This document shows positions 37,744 through 47,544 of a stretch of 64,000 bases of DNA, in pieces. Source of the DNA: Mobula hypostoma (taxonomy: Eukaryota); the NCBI RefSeq assembly GCF_963921235.1, contig NC_086107.1:110052001-110116000 (forward strand). The letters run 5' to 3'. Under the pieces are notes generated by a model. That model saw nothing but the letters and a program-made list of their open reading frames with translations. It was not told where the DNA came from and did no database searches. A program made the translations under genes and the position numbers. Numbering within the stretch: the first letter of the stretch is position 1; each line of letters opens with the position of its first letter.

Positions 37744-38534
37744 CTATGTTACAAGCTTTTTACTTTTAGCCTTCCTAACCTCTTCTATCAAGCCCTTTAA
37801 ATATTGGATTTCTTTAGTCAATGAATCAGCTTTTTCCTTTAAGGTTTTATTTTTCTCCTCCAGAAGGCTACACTCTGCGACTATAGCACCTTGCTCTGCC
37901 CTCTTCTTTTGTCTGTATCGCGTTGCAGCACTCTTGTTCTGCTCCATCTTCTTCAATTTTTTCTCCATACTCTTCGGCTCCAGACGATTGCCTTTTAATT
38001 TGGGTGAACACCCTACAGTTTCCACACTAGGGCGATCATATGGTTTTGACCTTGCAGGGCTGAAGTTGTTGAGCAAGGACTGGTCTTCGGAAGATCTCTC
38101 TGACACACTTCTATCTAAAGACTCAACAGGGGAGTGAGGACTAGAACCAAGACCACTGTCAGAATCTAATGATGGCCCTTCATCTGTTTCTGTGCAAGAA
38201 TCCTGCAGCGGTGATGACTGAGTCAAAATCATGTCTGGCTTCTCAACATCTGAGTTAATTACCTTTTCTAAGTGGAGTGAGTCAAAGATAGTGGATTCTG
38301 GGACAACTGCAGGGGTACCAGGAGACAGCTGATCTAATCCTTGGGGTGAATTTGGGAATGACTCAAGATCCAGGCTCAGGCCAAGATCTGCTACCTGTTT
38401 GGCTGGCAAGGGTTCAAAAGGCAGTTCTTCCAAAAGATTACAAGAACTGTCCAAAGCAGCCAGCAGATCTGGACAACCAGTGTCAAAGAGATCCACCTTC
38501 TTTGCCATCCAGTCCAAGCCGGTGAACGCATCCT
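37744..38534 (-). CDS. ATF4: ATF4 (bZIP transcription factor) coding exon 2 (gene exon 3)
   Basis: Acceptor TTTATCCCTTTCAG|. Reads (E)DAFTGLDWMAKKVDL...DSDSGLGSSP (beta-TrCP-type degron)...RSKPYDRP...KKLKKMEQNKSAATRYRQKKRAEQ...EIQYLKGLIEEVRKAK. The basic region is ATF4-type, not ATF5-type. Confidence 0.97.
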
Positions 38535-38791
38535 CTGAAAGGGATAAACAACAAACAGGTTAAATTATCTTCAAAAAAAAATCACGCCGGCAGTTAACCA
38601 AGTTTAGTCTAGACAAGATCAAGGACTTCACAATATTGAAATGAAGATTCAGTAAGGCAGCATAAAATACAATAGTTCTGCACTAACACTCTTTATGGAC
38701 TTCAATACTTATGACATTGCAATCCCCATTTGCTCCAACTAAAAAATGGACAAGTAACAACAAATTCCAATGAAGGAACTCATTAACTTAC

Positions 38792-39014
38792 CCACATTAT
38801 TTGTGTCCAAAGGGTCAAGATATGGACACGGGGAGGACAATTCACTTCCCTCATTGCCACCAAACTGGTGAGGTGTGAGGCAAGACTTCACCGGCCCGGC
38901 CTCCAAGTCTACATCTAGGAGACACGGGTCCCCGTCAGCCATCAGAAACGGCGAATCGAGGTAGGACATGCAGTCCTGCAGGGACGAGAACGGAGAATCT
39001 AACCAAACTGACAT
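38792..39014 (-). CDS. ATF4: ATF4 coding exon 1 (gene exon 2 spans 39115-38792)
   Basis: ATG at 39014; MSVWLDSPF...FLMADGDPCLLD...TNNV+G; donor G|GTAAGT, phase 1, joins in frame (223+791 = 1014 nt, 337 aa). Confidence 0.9.
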
Positions 39015-39940
39015 CTTTCTGTACTTTGAAATACTCTTCGAGAGAAAACTGGGTCTGCAGGTCGAGTCTTTCTATGCTGCCGACTACAGCAAAGCTGAGA
39101 AGCCCATTGTGGAACCTGAGAAGAAAGAAGTATTGCTCAATGAATGCATCGTTCAGAAAACAATGTGGAAATTCCATATGCTATTGGAACGTTATACTTA
39201 AAAAACGAGGCATAAACCCGTTCTCTCCCCCCCAATCCAAATTGGGTTAAAAATATATAAATACGAGTGTAATTAGCAATCTACAAGTACTTGAAGTGGA
39301 ACTAAGATTAAACACCAAATCCCGTCTCAGCATTGCAGCTGGTGAACGGCGAACTAAACAGGCGGAGGGTGGGGCGGAAAACAGACACGAACAGCCGGTA
39401 AATTCACACATGAATTGCTGGCAGAGAAGGTGGAGGACGGTGGTTAACGCTGTCCCGGAGGTGTGAGCGCAGGGAGGGAGGGGGCGGTGGAGATCGGACG
39501 GGCACCGCCCAGAGCCGGAGGGAGGGGGGGAGCTGCCACGTTTCACCCGGCCGGCGCGCCATCTTATCCTGCCAGTCATCCGGCCGAAGAGAACGTACAT
39601 TCCCCGGTCTCGGACGGGCCCCCGACTCTCTCCCCCCCCCACCCACCAATCAGGCCGCGGAGACCCCACCCCAGCAGGGATCCATTTTCCTAATTCACGA
39701 GAAGGTCGGGTAAAAACTCCCTATTACGGAGTCCCTTCCTTTCTTTCTGCCAATAATCACCACTCGCATCATTTTCCCGGAGTATTTTTACCCCCCCCGC
39801 GCATATTAGCCAGCCTCAAAGCGAAGCGGAACCCGTCCCCGCCGGCGGGGCGGCGGCCACCGCCGCCATTTTCTATTCTCCCGCGCTCGGGTTCGCGAGG
39901 GGAATAAAGCGTTTTTCTTTTTAAAGTAAACTTACGCCAT
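38935..39940 (-). promoter_or_regulatory. ATF4 uORF2 (spliced 39940-39936 + 39115-38935; 61 aa), overlapping the CDS out of frame
   Basis: AAAATGGC|GTAAG at the end of exon 1; acceptor TTCTTTCTTCTCAG|. Reads MAFHNGLL...FAVSDG*, ending 80 nt inside the ATF4 CDS, as for the classical inhibitory uORF. Confidence 0.85.
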
Positions 39941-40000
39941 TTTTAAAGTCTGCACTTGTGCCCAGTGCTGTGCACTGTTGCGAGTTGCCGCTGTACCGCT

Positions 40001-40015
40001 TTATTGAGCCGCCAT
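40001..40015 (-). promoter_or_regulatory. ATF4 uORF1 (MAAQ*)
   Basis: AGC-ATG-GCG-GCT-CAA-TAA in strong Kozak context, 60 nt upstream of the uORF2 ATG. Confidence 0.85.
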
Positions 40016-40073
40016 GCTGAATTAGAGGCGGACCCGCCAAATCTCAATCTCCTTCCTCAGAAAACAGCCGACG

Positions 40074-40151
40074 AAATGAGGAGAAAGTTCCGCCCACCAC
40101 CTTATATAGACGACCGCATCACTCTACCACCGATCCCACCGCCTGACGTCA
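40074..40151 (-). promoter_or_regulatory. ATF4 core promoter: CRE, TATA box, initiator
   Basis: Palindromic CRE TGACGTCA at 40144-40151; TATATAAG at 40108-40101; Inr-like TCATTTC with A at 40077, about 30 nt downstream of the TATA box. Confidence 0.8.
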
Positions 40152-40344
40152 TCAGAGTTAATCCCACCAACAAACCGCTTTTGGTCGCCAGTTCCCACTT
40201 CAAACTTACATACTTTATCGTCTTCACTACAGTAAGTATCGTTGGAATGCCTCGCATGTTTATTTGTGACGATAATTAGTATTTTGGCGAAGTGAAAAGC
40301 AGGTCGGCGGTTTTCGCGGATTGATTGATTGCGGCACGGATATT

Positions 40345-40478
40345 ATGATTGGCAGACGGCTATCGGGCTCGGCCGTAGGCCATGACGTTTGCCAGACGGC
40401 GAATGTGATTGGCAGACGACGATCGCGATCGGGAAGAAGACCATTGTGATTGGCAGATGGCGAATGTGATTGGCAGGC
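40345..40478 (-). promoter_or_regulatory. Cluster of four CCAAT boxes
   Basis: TGATTGGCAG (CTGCCAATCA on -) with ATTGG at 40348, 40408, 40449 and 40469. Confidence 0.65.
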
Positions 40479-41105
40479 GACAGGTAGGTGCGCTGTTCTC
40501 GGCGTGGCGGCGGGTCACAGCCGGTGCTCAGTAAATACAAACACAGAGCGTTAGAGACCCAGGCGTGTACAGTGTTTAATAACTAAATAAACACGTTCTC
40601 TAGAGCACTGTAAATGGGACTCGTTTGGACAACGGTTCGAGGTTAAGTGCGGGGGAGGGGGAGGCGATGGGCCGAATGGCCACCCACTTTACGCTCGATC
40701 GATATCTAGGTCTGGTTATACCTAAGACTGAAGTTGCCCAAGAACGTGCAGATCCAAAGTAATTAAAGGGAATTATCTGAGCAGTTAGACGATGGCCCAA
40801 TCGCATGGTGAGATTACCACTAAAGCTAGCAAAGCAAAAAAGTCAGATCTCCTCGCCCAATGAATGATTTTATAGGGTATGGTTCACATTTGCCCGATCA
40901 GTCTGCCCTTGTGTTCACGGCCCACTCAACCCTCCCATCTTTCCTGATGTAATTCCGTTACTGTTTCCATCTCTTTGTCCAGGCTTCTCTGAAAGAGAAT
41001 CGCCTCCGCCATGCCAGCAACTTTGATGTGTGTCGCCTCAGCCACGCCTGTTTTGCCGCTGCTTGAGTGACAATGTCTGTTTAGCTTCCTTTTTGATTAT
41101 ACTCA

Positions 41106-41460
41106 TAGATAGATAGATATACTTTATTAATCCCGGGGGAAATTTGGTTTCGTTACAGCCGCACCAACCAAGAATAGAGCGTAAATATAGCAATACAAAA
41201 ACCACAAACAATCAAACAACAAAATGCAAACTATGCCAGATGTAAAATAAGTCCAGGACCAGCCTATTGGCTCAGGGTGTCTGACCCTCCACGGGAGGAG
41301 CTGCACGTTCGATGGCCACAGGCAGGAACGACCTCCCGGGCCGCCCAGTGTTGTATCACAGTGGAATGTGGCCGAAGTCCGACAATAAAAAGTTCAATAT
41401 CCAGTCTGCAAAACCTCATGACCTCTAACTGCGATAAGAAAACTTTCCACCATGTCGCTA
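41106..41460 (-). mobile_element. Rex1/Babar-related 3' fragment with (TATC)n tail
   Basis: Shares the GGSDTLSQ*/CAATAGGCTGGTCCTGGACTTATTT terminus with 7563-8080 and 52894-53605. Confidence 0.6.
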
Positions 41461-41571
41461 AGATGTGTAACCATTTGTGGTGAAGGAAGAAAAGTAAAAG
41501 CAGGAAGGAAACAAGGACAGGCGAAACGCCAGATTCTGCAGATGCTGGAAATCCAGAGTAACACATGCAAA

Positions 41572-41844
41572 CAACAGGAATTCTGCAGATGCTGGAAATT
41601 CAAGCAACATACATCAAAGTTGCTGGTGAATGCAGCAGGCCAAGCAGCATCTATAGGAAGAGGCACAGTCGACGTTTCAGGCCGAGACCCTTTGTCAGGA
41701 CTAACTGAAGGAAGAGTGTCGACGTTTCAGGCCGAGACCCTTCGTCAGTTAGTCCTGACGAAGGGTCTCGGCCTGAAACGTCGACTGCGCCTCTTCCTAT
41801 AGATGCTGCTTGGCCTGCTGCGTTCACCAGCAACTTTGATGTAT
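41572..41844. mobile_element. Palindromic Penelope terminal-repeat insertion carrying three hammerhead motifs
   Basis: Motifs at 41667-41702 (-, core mutated to CTGACAA), 41718-41748 (-) and 41751-41786 (+). 14-bp TSD GTAACACATGCAAA at 41558-41571 and 41845-41858. Nested in an older related repeat. Confidence 0.85.
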
Positions 41845-42792
41845 GTAACACATGCAAAATACTGGTACTCAGCAGGTCAGGCAGCTTCAGTGGAGAGGGA
41901 TAAAGAGTCAAGGTTTCAGGCTGAGACCCTTCATGAGTCCTGTGTGTGTGTGTGTGTTTGCAACCTGGAGTCCATGGACCCTTCGCTTAATGGTGAGGGT
42001 CCACAGCATTAAAAAGATTGGGAACCTCTGATAGGGTGTGATTAAGAATGGTAAAGGGATGCTTGTGTGCATCTCAACACTGTACTTGTGTTGGCCAGAA
42101 TGCCTACTTTGAATTCCCTATAGATAATTCTTCGCTGTGTGTGTGTGTGTGTGTAAATAAGGCATCATGCTTCCCTCAACTCCTCCACTGGTTTCTTGGC
42201 CAGCTTCCACCATGCATTCTTGTGAACTTTATCTGATCTAAAATTCTTGAGATACCTGTCTGACAACTCCCACCAAAACCTGTTGGTCCATTGCTCAGTG
42301 ACACATTATCTTGTCATCCAACATAACCTTGAATTTAAGATTCCAAGAATTTGTTGGTTTGCGATGTGCCGCGTTGTATGAGGTGGGTGATCACAGTCTT
42401 TCCATGCTTCAGCGCACATTTATTATCAAAGAATGTGTAAATTATAAAGCCTGAAATTTGCTTTCTCACAGGTAGCCGCAAAGCAAGAAACCTGAAAGAG
42501 CCCATTTAATAAAAAATGAAAGACCAACACCCAACACGCAGAGAAAGGGGGAAAAAAAACACAAATCATGCAAACAACTGAAGCCAGCAACAACATTCTG
42601 AAGCAAGTTAAGTCCTCAGGTCCGAACCACAGAGTGGGCCCTAAGCCTCGCTTATCAGTTCATCATATCAGCAGGCATGGAGCACAGCAGCCGGGGCAGT
42701 CTTCATAGCCTCAACACCACGGAGACGAGTGACTCTTGTGGAAAGCAAGTGAAATCAGCTCTCGCCTCAGATCCCAACAACCTGTCTTATCT

Positions 42793-43303
42793 ATTGGAGG
42801 AACAACACCTTATATTCCGTCTGGGTAGCCTCCAACCTGATGGCATGAACATTGACTTCTCAAACTTCTGCTAATGTCCCACCTCCCCCTCGTACCCCAT
42901 CCGTTATTTATTCATATACACACATTCTTTTTCATTCTCTCCTTTTTCTCCCTCTGTCCCTCTGACTATACCCCTTGCCCATCCTCTGGGTTCCCCCCCT
43001 CCCCCTTTTCCTTCTCCCTGGGCCTCCTGTCCCATGATCCTCTCATATCCCTTTTGCCAATCACCTGTCCAGCTCTTGGCTCCATCCCTCCCCCTCCTGT
43101 CTTCTATCATTTTGGATCTCCTGCTCCCCCTCCCACTTTCAAATCTCTTACTATCTCTTCTTTCAGTTAGTCCTGACGAAGGGTCTCGGCCCGAAACGTC
43201 GACTGTACCTCTTCCTAGAGATGCTGCCTGGCCTGCTGCGTTCACCAGCAACTTTTATGTGTGTTGCTTGAAATTCCAGCATCTGCAGGTTTCCTCGTGT
43301 TTG
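42793..43303 (+). mobile_element. Penelope-like 3' fragment with hammerhead at 43169-43204 (+)
   Basis: LEEQHLIFRLGSLQPDGMNIDFSNFC, terminal repeat and tail; 10-bp TSD TGTCTTATCT at 42783-42792 and 43304-43313. Confidence 0.85.
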
Positions 43304-43694
43304 TGTCTTATCTGGGCCGGCGTTTAAATTGACCAAACAACCGATCATGATTGTTCTTGGCAAATTTTTCTACAGAAGTGGGCAGTGTCTTTACAAGACG
43401 GGTGAGCACACCGCCACCCTCCCCCCGCCCCCAGCCATTATCAACACTCTCCAGAGATTGTCTGCCTGGCGTCAGTGGTCACATAACCAGGACATGTGAT
43501 ATGCACTGGCCGCTGATACGACCATCCACTACCTGCTCCCACGGCTTCATGTGACCCCGATCAGGGGGCTAAGCAGGTGCTACACCTTGCTCAAGGGTGA
43601 TCTTTAGGCTAGCAGAGGGAAGGAGTGGTCTTCCGCCTCCTTTGATAGAGACGTATCTCCACCTTGCCACCCTATGAATTATCTTGCTTAATAA

Positions 43695-44145
43695 ACTACT
43701 ACTATGTCGACTCAGGCCTAGGGGGCCAGCGTCGGGCACGATGATGGACTCTCCACTTCTCCCTCTCCCTCATCAGTGTGTCCAGTTCATCTACATTAGC
43801 CGTGCCGCTCTCTTCTAGGAGCGTGTTGACCATAGTTTTGGGAGGGCACCCAGGGTTCGTCCTCCCGTGCTTGGGCTCCCATATGATGACTAGGCTGACA
43901 GGTAGCTCGGGGTGGCGTAGACAGTGCCCCGCTAGTTGCAGTCTTCTCGCCTCGATTTTAGTGGAGAGCATTGGTAGGTTGTTAGAGAGCTCAACGTTCG
44001 TCATGTGCTATTGCCAACTCACGTCAAGAGCCATCCGGAGCATTCGTGTATAGCAACCATCTAGAGACTTCTGCATCGTCTTTGTGAGTGTCCATGTCTC
44101 GCATCCGTACGTGAGAATGGACTCTGTGACTGCTATGAAACTCTC
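43695..44145 (-). mobile_element. RTE-clade LINE 3' end
   Basis: RRLQLAGHCLRHPE...IIWEPKHG...G.PPKT...MREREKWR; (TAG)n tail at 43695-43704. Confidence 0.7.
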
Positions 44146-46937
44146 TGTATAATTTATTTATTTTATAACAAGCCCTTCTGGCCTAACGAGTCCACGTCAT
44201 CTAATTATACCCAAAGGACCAATTAACCTACTAACCCATACATCTTTGGAATGTGGGAGTAAACTGGAGCACCCAGAGCAAACCCACATGGTCATGGGGA
44301 GAATTTACAAACTTACGGACAGTGGCGGGAATTGAACCCGGGTTTCTGGTGCTGTGAAACATTACACCGATCGTTACACTGCGGTGCTGCCCCAACTGTG
44401 ATGTGAAACATCCCCTTGGCGTCTGCGGGCTCGGCAACGTTTACTCTGCTATGTGCTGAAGTGAGTCTGAGGCTGTGGGCCTGCTCCAGGCTTCATGTTC
44501 TAAATGCTGTTTGCTTGCATGATTTCCTTTGTTTTCCTCTCTCTGCACAGTGGGTGTTCGAAAGTTTTTTAAAAAATGGGTTCTTTTGGGTTTCTTGTTT
44601 TGTGGTCACTTGTAAGAAGACAAATCTCAAGGTTGTATACTTCGATAATAAATGCACTTTGAACTTTGTACTTTAATAAGACAGTTGGAGCCCGAGAACT
44701 TCATTTTGAAAAGATGAGCAAGGACGAGTTGGCCATTATATACAAATGCTCTTTGTCTGAGCTGTGGAGATTAAAAGGCTAATTCTCTATGGTGAGGTGT
44801 AATTCCAGAAAGAATTACCTTACAGCTGCCCATAGCTCACAAACCTGGCTTAACGCTGTTCTATATAAATCCGACCACCTCTGAACGCAGAATCAAGAAT
44901 AGTCTTGGATTTTAAGTACTTCTTTTCAGAATCCTGGTGATGCATTATTGAGTATTACCAACTAAAGTGAAAAGTAAAGCTTTCACTTATGCAGGGCTTT
45001 TCACTTGCAGAGTGTTTCAAAGCATTTGCAGCTACTGAATTACTCAGGAGTATAGTTCTAGTTGTACACAGGGCCCTTAGCATTGTCAAGGATTCCTCCC
45101 ATCCGTCCCACAATCTTTCTGACTCTCCCAACCATCTGGCAGGAGGTGCTAACACGGGAAAGTCTGCAGACACCGGAAATCCAAGCAAAACACACACAAA
45201 GTGCTGGAGGAACTCAACAGGCCAGGGCGTATCTATGGAAAAGAGTAAACAGTCAACAGCAATCAGTGAAGGATGAAGGGTCTCAAGTCAAGGTAAAAGG
45301 TATGGGGAATAAATAGTGGCCATTCTAGGGACATCCTGCAAATGAATATAAAAAAAAGCAGATTTAATATTCCTATCAATTACTTTTCTGATGGATGGTG
45401 ATTGTTATGGAGAGAAAAGCCTGGGATGGCACTCTTCAACCCACTTGAGTCCAGATCAAAAAGTCAAGCACCCATCTACAGGGGCAGTGTATGCATCTCA
45501 CTGCCCCAGGAAAGCAGCCAGCACAATCCCCGGACATTGTCTCTTCTAGCCCATCGGGCAGAAGATACAAAAGCCTGAAAGCACATACCACCAGGCTCAA
45601 TCCCACTCTTATCAGACTCTCGAATGGAGCTACTGTCTGATAAGATAGACTCTTGACCTCACAATCTACCTTGTTATGATCTTGCACCTTGTCTGCATTT
45701 TCCCTGTGGCTTCTGTGTCCTATCATTATTTGACCCTCTTCCACCTCCTGTGGCGCATCAGGCAGCAAGCTTGCCGCTTCTTTAGCGTTTTTGTCTGTTT
45801 TTTTAATGGGGCCGAGTTGCTAGGACAACACTCGGCCTAGTACGGATGGCAAGGAGCTGGCTGGATTTGAACCCGGGACCACCCACCTCAAAGTCTGGTG
45901 CTGATACCACTACGCCACCAGCCGGCTATGTTCTAGCTTAGAACACTGTATGATGATTGGATCTATATAAATATATGCAAAGCAAGCCTTTCACTGTATC
46001 ATGGTACGTATAACAGTGATCAATGAAAACCAAATCAGCAGCTGGCTGAACCCTGATCTCAACCAGGTCACGTTTGTTTTGGTCTTAATTGAAGGAGAAA
46101 TAATTAACAGAGGAACAGGGACAGAATGTGTTAGAATTTCTGTTACTGTGCTAGATATTACGCGAAGAACATGCCATTGTGATCTATTTAACAACAAGTG
46201 AAAGACCAAAATAGGACTGGACCTAATTTTAACACCTCAGTTAATGAAAGACCTTGCAAACATGAAAGCTCCTTTGAAAGGTAAATACATATTTTCAAAA
46301 AAAATTAATTTAATCATCCGCATAATCACACAGAGGCATTTCTGTAGATGTGGCACTTGAGAGGCTGCTGGATTTGTGCCAGATTGTTTCACCTACTCCC
46401 TGAGTTGTCAAACAACAAGCCACCTCAAGTGTATGAGTGTATTTGTGTCCATGGTTACCTTGCTGTTGAAGATTAAATCTCACTTAATCCATGATTAGAT
46501 TATTAGCTGGAAATGTTCATAGATTTACTTTTCTTGTGACGAAGGAAGCAAAACACTGGGCTACCACTGACTTGTAAATTACTCGATGAATTAGCAGGAT
46601 TAGGGTCAGTAGAGAGAGTGTTCTAATCCTATAATTCCTTTTTTTAAAAAAAACCCACCATCATATCCTCTGTAACATTGAATGATTCGAGTTTCTCTGG
46701 AGCACAGATTTAAAGTTTGACATGAGGTGAATTAAATAATTTACTTGAAATAGGTATTGGCTTATTAATGTCACACGTAGAGTGAAAATCTTGCATCCTG
46801 CTCGTACAGATCAGATCATTACACAGTGCATTGATGTAAAAGAAGGTAAAACAATAACAGAATGAAGAATAAAGTGTAACAGCACAAAAAAAGTGCAGTG
46901 CTGTTACAATAAAGTGCAAAATCATGATGAGATAGAT

Positions 46938-47544
46938 TAACTAAAGAAATTTGGCCTGTCCCCTAAAACCCTCACTAATTTTTACAGATGCACCGTAGAA
47001 AGCATTCTTCCAGGGTGCATCACAACCTGGTATGGAAGTTGTCCTGTCCAAGACCGAAAGAAGCTGCAGAAGATCGTGAACACGGCGCAGCACATCACAC
47101 AAACCAATCTTCCGTCCTTGGACTCACTTTACACCGCACGCCGTCGGAGCAGTGCTGCCAGGATAATCAAGGACACGACCCACCCAGTCAACAGACTTCT
47201 CGTCCCTCTTCCCTCCGGGAGAAGGCTCAGGAGCTTGAAGACTCGCACGGCCAGATTTGGGAACAGCTTCTTTCCAACCGTGATGAGACTGCTGAACGGA
47301 TCCTGACCCGGATCTGGGCCGTACCCTCCAAATATCCAGACCTGCCTCTCGGTTTTTTTGCACTACCTTATTTTCCATTTTCCTATTTATGATTTATAAT
47401 TTAAATTTTTAATATTTACTAATTTTTACTATTTTTAATATTTAATATTTGTAATCCAGGGAGTGGGAAGCGCAGAATCAAATATCGCTGTGATGATTTT
47501 ATGTTCTAGTACCAATTGTTTGGCGACAATAAAGTATAAAGTAT
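46938..47544 (+). mobile_element. Rex1/Babar-type LINE 3' end (third subfamily)
   Basis: FYRCTVESIL...CITTWYG...IIKDTTHP...SGRRLRS...NSFFPTVMRLLN; AATAAAGTATAAAGTAT tail. Confidence 0.75.

Larger units (their letters stand above)
39330..40560. promoter_or_regulatory. CpG island spanning the ATF4 promoter, exon 1 and intron 1
   Basis: High GC and CpG density; YY1-type CGCCATNTT motifs at 39557, 39864 and 39935. Confidence 0.75.

Noticed and set aside
37744..38517. ATF5, or a single-exon gene starting at MDWM
   Set aside because: The basic region KKMEQNK.AATRYRQKKR and linkage to RPS19BP1 indicate ATF4; the track's start is a TTG inside exon 3.
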